A stretch of 64,000 nt of DNA, from positions 15,906-79,905 of the forward strand of contig CAXHJY010001438.1 in the NCBI GenBank assembly GCA_964016885.1, read 5' to 3'. Within the stretch, counting starts at the first letter, position 1; every line of letters begins with the position of its first letter. The notes under the pieces were generated by a model. The model ran no database searches. It saw only the letters and a list, made by a program, of their open reading frames with translations, and was not told the DNA's origin. The translations under genes were made by a program, and so were the position numbers. The DNA is from Eledone cirrhosa. Lineage: Eukaryota. Positions 50,923 through 64,000 of the stretch are shown here, piece after piece.

Positions 50923-51955
50923 TATATGTATGTATATATATATGTATGTATATATATATGTATGTATATATATATGTATGTATATATATATGTATGTATA
51001 TATATATGTATGTATGTATATATGTATGTATATATGTATGTATATATATATGTATGTATATATGTATGTATATATATATGTATGTATATATATATGTATA
51101 TATATATGTATGTATATATATATGTATGTATATATATATGTATGTATATATATATGTATATATATATATGTATATATATATATGTATATATATATATGTA
51201 TGTATATATGTATGTATATATGTATGTATATATATATGTATATATATATGTATGTATATATATATGTATATATATATGTATGTATATATATATGTATATA
51301 TATATGTATGTATATATATATATGTATATATATATGTATGTATATATATATGTATATATATATGTATATATATATGTATATATATATGTATATATGTATA
51401 TATATATGTATATATATATGTATATATGTATGTATATATGTATGTATATATGTATGTATATATATATATGTATATATATATGTATGTATATATATATGTA
51501 TATGTATATATATATGTATGTATATATGTATGTATATATGTATGTATATATGTATGTATATATATATATGTATATATATATGTATGTATATATATATGTA
51601 TATATATATATGTATGTATATATATATGTATATATATATATATATGTATATATATATGTATATATATATGTATATATATATGTATATATATATGTCTATA
51701 TATATATGTCTATATATATATGTCTATATATATATGTCTATATATATATGTCTATATATATATGTATGTATATATATATATGTATGTATATATATATATG
51801 TATGTATATATATATATATGTCTATATATATATGTCTATATATATATGTATGTATATATATATATGTATGTATATATATATATATGTCTATATATATATG
51901 TCTATATATATATGTATGTATATATATATATGTATGTATATATATATATGTATGT

Positions 51956-52010
<55 letters not shown>

Positions 52011-52548
52011 TATGTATGTATATATATATATATATGTATATATATATGTATGTATATATATATGTATGTATATATATATGTATGTATATATATATGTATA
52101 TATATGTATGTATATATATATGTATATATATATATGTATATATATATATGTATATATATATATGTATGTATATATATGTATATATATATGTATATATATA
52201 TATGTATGTATATATATGTATATATATATGTATGTATATATATATGTATATATATATGTATGTATATATATATGTACATATATATGTATGTATATATATA
52301 TGTATATATATATATATGTATATATATATGTATGTATATATGTATGTATATATATATGTATATATATATATATGTATATATATATGTATGTATATATGTA
52401 TGTATATATATATGTATATATATATGTATGTATATATATATGTATATATATATGTGTATATATATATGTATATATATATGTATGTATATATATATGTATA
52501 TATATATGTATATATATATGTATGTATATATATATGTATATATATATG

Positions 52549-52960
52549 TCCGGGAGAGATGAGCCCTTAGCCTTTGTCAAGGCAGAATTCTAGGAGAAGG
52601 AAAACTCTGATATAACACCTGCAACCCTGATGGTATCCAATGATGTTGACTTGTTCTTCTTTTTGGTAAATATCATCTTGGTTAAGAGAGTGGGACTGGC
52701 TTTGTGCAGTGCCTTTGCTCACTATAAAAGCTTCATGGCACAGGCATTGCTTTGTATCTGGAGATCTCTCTGCACTTGTCGTCACATGGTACCATGGGCC
52801 CAGCACTATGTGTCAATAATTGTCACAAGTGTAGTGTTTGTACCAGAGTTTTCAAGTCGCTGGCTGGACTCAAAAGTCACACTCGTTCAGCGTATCGGTA
52901 GGGGTTCTCCTACATGGATATAAAGTAGTGGCCGTACTCGAAAACGAGTTGGCAGCCACC
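52549..52960. mobile_element. Family H repeat, shortest copy
   Basis: See 18101-18666. Confidence 0.8.
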
Positions 52961-53447
52961 ATATATATATGTATATATATATGTATGTATATATATATGT
53001 ATATATATATGTATGTATATATATATGTATATATATATGCATGTATATATATATGTATATATATATATATATATGTATGTATATGTATATGTATATATAT
53101 GTTTATATATATATATATATATGTATGTATATATATATGTATATAGATATATATATATATGTATGTATATATATATGTATATATATATATATATATGTAT
53201 GTATATATATATGTATGTATATATATATGTATGTATATATATATGTATGTATATATATATGTATATATATATATATATATGTATGTATATATATATGTAT
53301 ATATATATGTATATATATATGTATGTATATATGTATGTATATATGTATGTATATATATATGTATATATATATGTATGTATATATATATATGTATATATAT
53401 ATGTATGTATATATATATGTATATATATATGTATGTATATATATATG

Positions 53448-53494
<47 letters not shown>

Positions 53495-54341
53495 GTATAT
53501 GTATATATATATGTATGTATATATATATGTATATGTATATATATATGTATGTATATATATATGTATATATATATGTATGTATATATATATGTATATATAT
53601 ATGTATGTATATATATATGTATATATATATGTATATATATATGTATATATATATGTATATATATATATGTATGTATGTATATATGTATATATATATGTAT
53701 ATATATATATGTATGTATGTATATATGTATATATATATGTATATATATATGTATATATATATATGTATATATATATATGTATGTATATATGTATGTATAT
53801 ATATATGTATGTATATATATATGTATATATATATGTATGTATATATATATGTATATATATATGTATGTATATATATATGTATATATATATGTATGTATAT
53901 ATATATGTATATATATATGTATATATATATGTATGTATATATATATGTATGTATATATATATGTATATATATATATATGTATGTATATATATATGTATAT
54001 ATATATGTATGTGTATATATATGTATGTATATATATATGTATATATATACATATACATAAGTTGAATGTAATATATTTTCTTATGCTAATTCAATTTTTA
54101 TGTATTATGCACTTTTTAACCAAAATCGATAGTTTGTGATGATTGATTACAGAGATCAATTTTAGGTTGTTCTTTTACAAGACATGAAATGGCGTTTTCA
54201 GGAATTTTATTGGTTCAATCTAGAGTACATATTTTGCTTTGAAATATGTACTCTGTATATATACTATATATAAAGTTTTCTCGCGGATATATGGTCCTCC
54301 CCCCTCTCTCTCTGTATACACATATATACATATATATATAT

Positions 54342-54515
54342 AGGAACGAGTAGGACCCCGACGGCTGAGCTCAAGCCGTTTCGACGGCTAATTCTGGACT
54401 AACATATATATTTATATATATCGAAACGGCTTGAGCTCAGCCATCGGGGTCCTACTCGTTCCTATTACCCACTCTACTACCCTAAGTATTGAGTACTTTG
54501 GTGCGTTATGGTGCA

Positions 54516-54519
<4 letters not shown>
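54342..54519 (+). mobile_element. F5 element with fold-back
   Basis: Inverted arms separated by a short TA run. Confidence 0.8.
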
Positions 54520-54566
<47 letters not shown>

Positions 54567-54641
54567 CCAGACTATCCAAACGGAACTTGAACCGTTAAGG
54601 TCTGATTCCTGGATATGTCAATATTTATAAAACAAACTTTG

Positions 54642-54702
54642 TATTTTATCTGATGAGAGCGTACCAAAGTTTTGGTGCCCTTGAAATATATATAATGGAA
54701 TA
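54642..54702 (+). ncRNA. Type I hammerhead ribozyme (F6), in element 54563-54828
   Basis: TATTTTAT-CTGATGA-GAGCGTACCAAA..TTTGGTGCCCTT-GAAA-TATATA-TA-ATGGAATA. Confidence 0.8.
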
Positions 54703-54831
54703 AATATGGTTTTATAAATATAGTTTCCATTTATTAATATCATTGATATTATACTCCAGAAAAACTGTCGAGTGCTTCGAATCTGTTATAAATATATTTG
54801 TTGAATTACCAACAAATTAAATATCCCTTTG

Positions 54832-54873
<42 letters not shown>

Positions 54874-54974
54874 AATATACATAAATATACATATATATTA
54901 TATATACATATATATATACATAAATATACAAATATATACATATATATATGTATATATATATATATATATAGTAA

Positions 54975-55179
54975 TAATATTCGTATTATATTCGTTTTTT
55001 CCCGTTCTTAGCCAGCGAACGTTTCCACGAACCAAAGTATCGTCTTCCTGTCTTCCTCCGGTTGCAACGTTTTTTGAAATATCCAGTTCTGCGTTTACAG
55101 ATTGACTTTGTTAGTTTCAGAAGATCCCGTTAAGGGTGAAAGCAGCGATTCTTTGCTTAAACTTTAATCTGTTATTTTA

Positions 55180-55219
<40 letters not shown>

Positions 55220-55815
55220 AGGGTTGACGAATTCAGCATATTTATCAATGCCAGTACCGGTTGTATCTCAGCGTACTCAATGGGCAATGTAAGATACATT
55301 ACCAGAGTATACACATAGTTATTTGCCTCAACACAACACACGTAAAACGGGTGCCTATAAGGTTCCCGGACTCGAGTTTCTGCCGCACTAATGCAGCAGT
55401 AAGGTACACTGCACCATCTGTCTGCATATATTATGCAACAATGCACAATCGACTTATGTGGCTTCATCAGCGGGTATCGCCTAATCAATAATCAATCGAT
55501 CGACATAATCCAAACACCGGCCCGTGCCGGTCATGACAGTTTGTGTCAACTGACACGGTAAAGCGATTAGCAACTGGCAACCGATAGGACTCTATCTCTC
55601 AACTAGCCACTGATTTCCAAATTTTACGTGGGGACGGGAAACTAAAAAGAATCAATCTATTAGTTCCTGTCAGAAGGACAAATTATTAACACACGCAAAT
55701 TATTAAGGAGTGAAAAGATGGCTATTAGAAATAGCAGTTCACATTGATATAAAATAGAATGGTAGCATTCGGTTCATGTCTCCAAGCCCCATGGCTAGAG
55801 GAAAGCGATGGTAAC
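54975..55815 (-). mobile_element. F1 HHR element
   Basis: Homologous to 1379-1740 and extends through a complete HHR; right boundary uncertain. Confidence 0.7.
55365..55474 (-). ncRNA. Type I hammerhead ribozyme (F1)
   Basis: CCCG-CTGATGA-AGCCAC..[83 nt total]..GTGCGGCA-GAAA-CTCGAG-TC-CGGG; GUC site. Confidence 0.85.
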
Positions 55816-55817
55816 AA

Positions 55818-57121
55818 TATATATATATATAAAGGTTTACATATATATAAAGTCATAGATATATATGTGTTTTGCAACAGGTCACGTTGTGGCTCAATGA
55901 AGAATTAATAAATTAAATAATCAGAGCTATATATCATAAAACATGTCTTTAGAATCACTAGATATAATATATACCATTTCCTCTCCCAATTAGCATAATT
56001 AACCATATAAAAAATCAATTAGACCAAGCTATAAGAATAAAGGCTCCTATGAAGAAATCTCCGACAAATAACCGAAAGCAGCCCCTTCGCGGTGGCTACG
56101 ATGGAGTATTTATCCAACATTTCGACAGCTCTGGACATTCCCTGTTATCGGATGTCTTAAAATACGGACGAAACCATGGTAGAGGTAATTAGGTATGTAC
56201 GCATTTCTTCTAAGTTTAAATTTACACCTAATTGTGTTTGGTTGACTGTATATCTGGTCGATGTCTACATGCTGTCGAAATGTTGGATAAATACTCCATC
56301 GTAGCCACCGCAAAGGGGCTGCTTTCGGTTATTTGTCGGAGATTTCTTCATAGGAGCCTTTATTCTTATAGCTTGGTCTAATTGATTTTTTTATATGGTT
56401 AATTATGCTAATTGGGAGAGGAAATGGTATATATTATATCTAGTGATTCTAAAGACATGTTTTATGATATATAGCCCTGATTATTTAATTTATTAATTCT
56501 TCATTGAGCCACAACGTAACCTGTTGCAAAACACACATATATCTATGACTTTATATATATGTAAACCTTTATATATAATAATCTCCCGTTAGGTTGAGAT
56601 ACAATTTGGCGAAATTTAGCTGCGCTTTCTAGCAATAAGCCTACTCGCCGTAAGCAACTAATCACATCCTTTCTAACTTGACCGCTGCCACGTAACGATT
56701 CTTAGCCATTTTTGAATGTATTTTTGGCGCGATCACTTTGGAAAATTAAATGTCTAATTTTGAGTTCGCTCCTGATGAGTCCGAAGCTCTGGACATTCCC
56801 TGTTATCGGATGTCTTAAAATACGGACGAAACCATGGTAGAGGTAATTAGGTATGTACGCATTTCTTCTAAGTTTAAATTTACACTTAATTGTGTTTGGT
56901 TCACTATATATCTGGTCGATGTCTACATGCTGTCGAAATGTTGGATAAATACTCCATCGTAGCCACCGCGAAGAGGCTGCTTTCGGTTATTTGTCGGAGA
57001 TTTCTTCATAGGAGCCTTTATTCTTATAGCTTGGTCTAATTGATTTTTTATATGGTTAATTATGCTAATTGGGAGAGGAAATGGTATATATTATATCTAG
57101 TGATTCTAAAGACATGTTTTA

Positions 57122-57130
<9 letters not shown>
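55818..57130 (+). mobile_element. F11 non-autonomous PLE/retrozyme-like element: inverted arm + tandem pseudo-LTRs
   Basis: 55818-56129 is the reverse complement of 56271-56578; 56127-56473 repeated directly at 56785-57130; no ORF. Confidence 0.85.
56769..56842 (+). ncRNA. Type I hammerhead ribozyme (F11)
   Basis: CTC-CTGATGA-GTCCG..GGACATTC..GGATGTCT..CGGAC-GAAA-CCATGG-TA-GAG; fully canonical core. Confidence 0.9.
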
Positions 57131-57168
<38 letters not shown>

Positions 57169-57316
57169 ATGATATTAAATAAATGGGAACTATATTTATA
57201 AAACCATATTTATTCTATTATATATATTTCAAGGGTACGGTTTAAGTTACCCCTGGAAAGTTGAACCGATAAGGTATATTATCCTTGGCCATGTCAAATA
57301 TTTATAAAACATTTTG

Positions 57317-57378
57317 TATTTTATCTGATGATAGCGTACCAAAATTTTTGGTACCCTTGAAATATATATAATAGAATA
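57317..57378 (+). ncRNA. Type I hammerhead ribozyme (F6), in fold-back element 57168-57505
   Basis: TATTTTAT-CTGATGA-TAGCGTACCAAAA..TTTTGGTACCCTT-GAAA-TATATA-TA-ATAGAATA. Confidence 0.8.
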
Positions 57379-57527
57379 AATATGGTTTTATAAATATAGC
57401 TTCCATTTATTTAATATCATTGAATACTTACTCCAGAAAACTGTCGAGTGCTCTGAATCAGTTATAAACATCTATATTTGTTGGATTCTCAACAAATTAA
57501 ATATCTCTTCTACACACACACACACAC

Positions 57528-57620
<93 letters not shown>

Positions 57621-57693
57621 CTATATATAAAATGAAATTTTCGCTCTACATGGCTGAATACAATAAATGTATTCTTCATTACGTTTATTGGTT

Positions 57694-57778
57694 GATGACG
57701 CGGGTTTCGCTACTGATCAACTCAACATTCGATCTGTATCGATCTAGCCCGACTCTGGAATCAAAAGCTCGTCGGACC
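57694..57778 (-). ncRNA. Hammerhead ribozyme (F12), U4C core variant
   Basis: GGT-CCGACGA-GCT..[60 nt total]..AGC-GAAA-CCCGCG-TC-ATC; partial copy at ~62470-62555 has GAAA-CGCGCG-TC-ACC. Confidence 0.7.
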
Positions 57779-58008
57779 TATGTGGTAGTGATGACAATGA
57801 ATATACATGGCGTACAAAACAATCTCACGTTCAGTTTAAGCTGTTTTGATTGGTGGATTCATTACGATGAATGTTTTCGCCTGTGTATATATATATATAT
57901 GTGTGTGTGTGAATGAAGTAATTAAGTCGGAAAGGTTCAGCAAAAATAAGTGCTCTATGTAGGTTACAGAGCTTAATAGTTATGTAATAAACAACATAAG
58001 GTAATTAC

Positions 58009-58066
58009 TTCATTTACCAGTGGTTTCTTGAAAGCAAACAAATCTGCTTTCAGTCGTCAGAATGAA
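58009..58066 (-). ncRNA. Type I hammerhead ribozyme (F13), in fold-back element 57977-58134
   Basis: TTCATT-CTGACGA-CTGAAAGCAGA..TTTGCTTTCAA-GAAA-CCACTGG-TA-AATGAA. Confidence 0.85.
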
Positions 58067-58132
58067 AAAATCCTGGTGTATTTATTGACATTGGATTTTT
58101 AAATAATTACCTTATGTTGTTTATTACATAAC

Positions 58133-58198
<66 letters not shown>

Positions 58199-58283
58199 TT
58201 AATTTTGAATTATTATAGCTCTGGGCAAAGTCTATTAACCCAGGCCATGTCTAACATAATAGCACCGCCTGGCGAATATATAT

Positions 58284-58366
58284 CCTATTTCCCACTCTAC
58301 TACCCTAAGTATTGAGTACTCTGGTGCGTTATGGTCCGTTTGGTTCCTTACCACAATTCCTTTGTT
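58284..58366 (+). mobile_element. F5 3' end fragment
   Basis: CCCACTCTACTACCCTAAGTATTGAGTACTCTGGTGCGTTATGGTCC. Confidence 0.8.
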
Positions 58367-58463
58367 ATATATATATATATATACTCGATATGCAAATTGG
58401 GCTACTCAGCCGTTAATATGCATAAGGTAAGTATATACGTTCAACAATCTGGCAGGAAGGTAT

Positions 58464-58506
58464 ACGTTGCTGACGATAGCTAATAAGCTTGAAACTAGTA
58501 CAGCGT
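58464..58506 (+). ncRNA. Type I hammerhead ribozyme (F14)
   Basis: ACGTTG-CTGACGA-TAGC TAATAA GCTT-GAAA-CTAG-TA-CAGCGT. Confidence 0.85.
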
Positions 58507-58776
58507 TCCTTTGTCAGTGTTAAACAAACGAGCAACGATGGTTGCTAGACACTACGGCTTAATACGGGATGTTTGTTTACAAACACACCGAGCATTATAA
58601 TAAATGTTCGGTGAATCCATACGTACATATATATATATGTGTGCATGTATGTATATATATATATATACATACTATTGTACGTCTGTATACATATATGTAT
58701 GTACGTGTACATACTTATATTTAAGTAACAGCCGTACTAAGAGTGGGAAATGAAATTTCGTTTAATTTTTTCCGTT

Positions 58777-58899
<123 letters not shown>

Positions 58900-59072
58900 G
58901 TATATATATGTATATATATGTATATGTATATATATGTATATGTATATATATGTATATGTATATATATGTATATGTATATATATGTATATATATATATATG
59001 TATATATATATGTATGTATATATATATATATGTATATATATATGTATATATATATATGTATATATATATATG

Positions 59073-59136
<64 letters not shown>

Positions 59137-59143
<7 letters not shown>

Positions 59144-59354
59144 GTTTGGAGTTAGAAAGCCAGAACAATGCAGGTATGGATATAGAATGTAAATACAAAT
59201 GCAAAAGATATTGCTGATAATTAGTCCTTTACCTTAAATTTATTCAAATAAATTTAAGGTAAAGGACTAATTGTCAGCAATATCTTTTGCATTTGTATTT
59301 ATACCCTATATCCATACCTGCATTGTTCTGGCTTTCTAACTCCAAACGTTTATA
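59137..59354. repeat. Long palindrome (~108-bp arms)
   Basis: AAACGTTTGGAGTTAGAAAGCC.. / ..GGCTTTCTAACTCCAAACGTTT, apex ~59245. Confidence 0.9.
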
Positions 59355-59419
59355 CCTCACTACGCAATGCTTCAAGTAAACTACAATCCCCCCCCCCTCT
59401 CTCTCTATATATATATATA

Positions 59420-59519
59420 TTCGCCAGGTGGTGCTATTAAGTTAGACATTGTTTCCTCGGTCCGACTTGACTAGCTCCATTCCACCCGTTAAGCGAATGA
59501 GGTCTGGGATCTTGTCGAG
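59420..59519 (-). repeat. Repeat fragment with inverted copy at 59837-59909 and tail copy at ~58246-58277
   Basis: TCGACAAGATCCCAGACCTCATTCGC..GGACCGAGGAAACAATGT shared. Confidence 0.75.
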
Positions 59520-59642
59520 ATATATATATATACTAGACTAGTCGTGATCCGATGGGTCACGAGTAGTCTAGTACAGGTAATCAAAGTGTGTATACATTTT
59601 TCGGGGACACTATATATATATATATATATATATATAATAATA

Positions 59643-59732
59643 CCGGGGTCCCTAAAAATGTATACACCATCCTAACAAATAATGCATGTATAGGCAATCA
59701 AAGTGGGTATACATTTTGGGGGGGACAACCTG
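59643..59732. mobile_element. Short MITE (Tc1/mariner-like)
   Basis: Imperfect TIR CCGGGGTCCCTAAAAATGTATAC / GTATACATTTTGGGGGGGACAACCTG with TA flanks. Confidence 0.6.
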
Positions 59733-59961
59733 TATATACACAAATATGAACATATATATATAGAGAAAGTGTGTGCAAGCAAGCAAGCAATCAAGATCAG
59801 AGTTTTAGTAGTATATAGATATATATCGACAGTGAATCGACAAGATCCCAGACCTCATTCGCTTAACGGGTGGAATGGAGCTAGTCAAATCGGACCGAGG
59901 AAACAATGTTTCCATTGGTCTTTCCAATTGTTAATACTATCTGTCGGTCGTAAATCCTGGC

Positions 59962-60081
59962 AGATGGAGCAACGTGAAATAAAGTGTCTTGCTCAACGAC
60001 ATAACGCATCGCCCGGTCCGGTAATCGAAAGCACAACCTCACGATTGCAAATCAAATTCGCTAACCACTCAGCCACGCGCC
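59962..60081 (-). mobile_element. Second tRNA-derived SINE family (head and core)
   Basis: Minus strand GGCGCGTGGCTGAGTGGTTAG (A-box), TTCGATTACC (B-box-like), GTTGAGCAAGACACTTTATTTCACGTTGCTCCA. Confidence 0.75.
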
Positions 60082-61861
60082 ATATGTCGTTTACTTTGTT
60101 ATTTCTGTTTACTTTACACACACACACACGCATATATATATATGAGTGGTTAGAGAATTTGATTTGCAATCCCTCTCTCTCTATATATATATATCCTAGC
60201 TCAGTACCCGTAAAAAATAACGGGGTATGTACTCGCCTATAAAACCTATTTAAGAAACAAGGCTTATATAACGTACGTAAAGAACTTCCAGAAGAACTAA
60301 GTAAGAACTATGTAATATACGTAACAAACTTTATAATTTATGCAAAAAACTTCCGGTATCTGACTCGTGTATAAGAGACTTCCGGTAAAATAGCTTTTTT
60401 GACAATTTCTAAGCGAGATGGGAGATTCAACACCGGGTGGATGGGTTGAGAAGAGATTAGATAAAATTGTTATAAACCAAGTCCGAATTTAAAAAGTTTT
60501 TATTCTGTCTATCATGGCGTCTTTCCTCTCCAGTCTATAAGGTCCCTTAAGTTGTCACGCAACGAGGAAGGCCGCTTCTATACACGAGGAATATATGATA
60601 AAGGAAAATAGAAACAGCCGGATATTGAGTCATAAACAATGGCATACTGGGATCGATAATATAGATGGTTTAAATATAATAACAGTTTGTGTGTGTGGGG
60701 GGGGGGGGCTGAACATGTTAATATGTGTGTGTATGTGAACATGCTATTGTGTGTGTGAGTGTGTGTGTGTATTTATGTGAACATGTTAATGTGTATGTGG
60801 GGAACATGTCAGTTTGTGTGTGTGTGTATATGTGAACATGTCAATGTGTACGTGTCAGTGTGTATATGTAAGGGTGTGTATGTGTAGGCCAGTGTGTATG
60901 TGTGTGTGTTACTATATATGTGTATGAGTTAGTATGTACGAAGGGTGTGTATATGTGATGGTGTGTATGTCTGTGTCTGTCTCTGTGTGTGTATCAGTGT
61001 GTAGGTGATTCGTACTTGTCATGTGTGTATTAGTGTGCGTGGGCGTGTGTGTGTGTGTGTGCGCACGTCTCATTGCGTATGTGTGTATATACGTATTATT
61101 GTGTATGTATGTGTGTACGTCTCAATGTGTGTGTATGTGAGGGTGTGTATGTATGTGTACGTCATATTGCGTATGTGATGGTGTGTGTGTGTGTCTCAAT
61201 GTGTGTGTATGTGTGTGTGTTCGTCTCATTCAGTGTGTGAAGGTGTGTATGTATGTGTAAGTCTCAATATATATGTATGTGTGTATGTGTATGTGTCAAT
61301 ATACATGTATACATGTATGTGTGTATATATGTGTGTATATATGTGTAGATCTCAATATATATATGTGTATGTATGTGTATATGTGTATGTGTACGTTTCA
61401 ATATATATTTGTGTGTATGTATGTGTGTATGTGTATATGTACGTCTCAATATATATATGTGTGTGTATGTGTGTATGTGTATATGTACGTCTCAATATAT
61501 ATGTGTGTGTATGTGTGTATGTGTATATGTACGTCTCAATATATATGTGTGTGTGTATGTGTATGTCTCTCTATGTATGTGTACGTCTCAATATATGTAT
61601 GTTGTGTATGTATGTATGTATATATGTATGTATGTGTGTATGTATGTGTGTATGTATGTGTGTGTGTGTGTATGTATGTATGTGTGTATATGTATGTTTG
61701 TTTGTATGTATGTATGTGTGTATGTTTGTATGTATGTGTGTATATATGTTTGTGAGTATGTGTGTATATGTATGTGTGTATGTATGTAAGTATGTGTGAA
61801 TGTGTGTATATATGTATATATGTACATGTATGTGTGTGTGTATGTATGTATGTGTGTGTGA

Positions 61862-61903
<42 letters not shown>

Positions 61904-62061
61904 AAGCACCTGCATCTGTTGGCTTCCCCTCGTTTGTTATCGGAAGAACTATGACGTCATCAGCTTAGCATCGGCAAGGGTGTATTTATATGTCTCTCTC
62001 TCTCTCTCTCTGTCTCACTCTCTCTCTGTCTCTCTCTCTATGTCTTTCTCTCTGTCTTTCG

Positions 62062-62095
<34 letters not shown>

Positions 62096-62129
62096 GTCTT
62101 TCTCTCTCTCTCTCTATGTCTTTCTCTCA

Positions 62130-62163
<34 letters not shown>

Positions 62164-62585
62164 GTGTCTTTGTCTCCCTCTCTGTCTTTGTCCCTCTCAC
62201 TCTCTCTGTCATTCACTCACTCTCTCTGTCATTCACTCACTCTCTCTGACACTCACTCTCTCTGTCACTCACTCTCTCTCACTGCAACTCACTCACTCTC
62301 TCTATATATATCTATATATCTATCTCTATCTCTCTTTCTTTGTCCTTCCCTCCCTCTCCCTTTTTCTTTTCAATATAATCAATCGTTAAACTCCTCATAT
62401 ATTGATTTCTAATTAAGGCACTAGGTAAGCAAATTCAATATATATATATATATATCCAGGGATTGTAACGGACCAGATCGATATAGATCGAACCTTGAGC
62501 TGATCAATAGCGAAACGCGCGTCACCAATCGATAAACGCAATGAAGACATAACAAATCGTCCTTTTATTATATGTATATATATAT

Positions 62586-62712
62586 AATTGTTTCTACTTT
62601 TGGCACAAGGCCAGTAGTTATTCCAGTGTATTACTGGTACTTTATTTATCGCCCCCGTAAGGATGAAAGGCAAAGTTAACCTCGGCAGGATTTGAACTGC
62701 CAATCCACCGCC
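62586..62712 (-). mobile_element. tRNA-derived SINE, head-deleted
   Basis: GGCAGTTCAAATCC joined directly to the standard body and tail. Confidence 0.8.
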
Positions 62713-62767
62713 TATATATAATGTATGTTTATATAAAATATATATATAACTCTCTCTCTCTCTCTCG

Positions 62768-62798
<31 letters not shown>

Positions 62799-62842
62799 CC
62801 TCTCTCTCTCTATATATATATATATTATATATATATATATCT

Positions 62843-63027
62843 ATCTAAGGCGGGTAAAATTCCCGAGATCCATGGACGAGTTCTCTCCAGCGGTTTCTGT
62901 CCCTCATTATCGCTGCCATATCCTGCATCTCCAACAGACCAGTGTCTGTCCTTAGGGCATCAACATATGTTAACCTTGGTCTTCCTCTTCTAGTGTGTCC
63001 ATGTAGGGGCTCCCAAAGGAGCACTGA

Positions 63028-63033
<6 letters not shown>
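62843..63033 (-). mobile_element. RTE-like LINE 3' end
   Basis: Third copy of the 48316-48893 family. Confidence 0.88.
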
Positions 63034-63088
<55 letters not shown>

Positions 63089-63089
63089 A

Positions 63090-63548
63090 GTTCTATTTAA
63101 ATTGTTGGGATACAACAAGCAAATATTTTTATAACTGATATAAAGCACTCAACAAATTATTGGAGTAAAAATACGATATATTAACAAATGGAAACTATAT
63201 TTATCAAACCATATTTATTTCATTATACACATTTCAAGGACACCAAGTTAAATTATAGTGCACTTTCATCAGATAAAATATAATATAGATCAGTTTTATA
63301 AACAAATATTGGCATACCTTAAAAGAATGCGACCATTACTGTTGGAAGTTCCCGGATAGTCTATCCGGGAACTTCCAACAGAAATGGTCGCATTCTTTAA
63401 GGGTATGTCAATATTTATTTATAAAACTGGTCTATATTATATTTTATCTGATGAAAGCACACCATAATTTAACTTGGTGTCCTTGAAATATGTATAATGA
63501 AATAAATATGGTTTTATAAATATAGTTTCCATTTGTTAGTATATCGTA
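63090..63548 (-). mobile_element. F6 HHR element with fold-back (HHR 63216-63280 -)
   Basis: Apex CCGGATAGTCTATCCGG at ~63352-63368. Confidence 0.85.
63440..63504 (+). ncRNA. Type I hammerhead ribozyme (F6)
   Basis: TATTTTAT-CTGATGA-AAGCACACCA..TGGTGTCCTT-GAAA-TATGTA-TA-ATGAAATA. Confidence 0.82.
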
Positions 63549-63769
63549 TATATATATATATATGTGTATAAATGAAAAGTATAGAAATTATTATGAGCAA
63601 GAAGCACACAGTATTTCATAATATATGTATGTATGTATACATAATATATATATGTATGTATATATAAAATGTATGTTTATATACAGTATATATATAACAA
63701 TCTCTCTCTCTCTCTTTCTCTCTATTTCTCTCTCTCTTCTCTCTATTTCTCTCTCTCTCTCTCTCTCTC

Positions 63770-63865
<96 letters not shown>

Positions 63866-64000
63866 CTACACTTACAGAGAGAGAGACGGCGTGAGATAGT
63901 GACAGAGATGTCAGCGGGAATAAACAAGTCTAGCTTGACACATTACTGTGACATTAACTGATGGCCATCACTGTATTGATATTGACAGGTTCAATGGAAA

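Noticed and set aside
61940-61975. CTGATGA on - strand overlapping TGACGTCA
   Set aside because: No downstream GAAA or stem III; the CRE-like octamer may be chance

Overview
Eukaryotic, extremely microsatellite-rich DNA, most likely from an octopod cephalopod (inferred from the tRNA-derived SINE family). No convincing host gene was found. Almost all ORFs in the supplied track are translations of (TA)n, (TG)n or trinucleotide arrays. The non-simple DNA is a patchwork of retroelement pieces inserted into microsatellites: one 5'-truncated Penelope-like element (PLE; RT plus GIY-YIG endonuclease, inverted pseudo-LTR), RTE-, Tx1- and R4/Dong-like LINE 3' ends, SINEs and MITEs. The main discovery is that the short islands between TA arrays carry about 27 type I hammerhead ribozyme (HHR) motifs from roughly 16 sequence families, read by eye. 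They sit in small non-coding PLE-derived or retrozyme-like elements that usually form fold-back or inverted insertions. The ribozymes show family-specific palindromic stem III, very long stem II insertions, compensatory stem changes and rare core variants (U3-A8, U4C). All coordinates were counted by hand and may be off by a few bases. No ribozyme activity or database identity could be tested.
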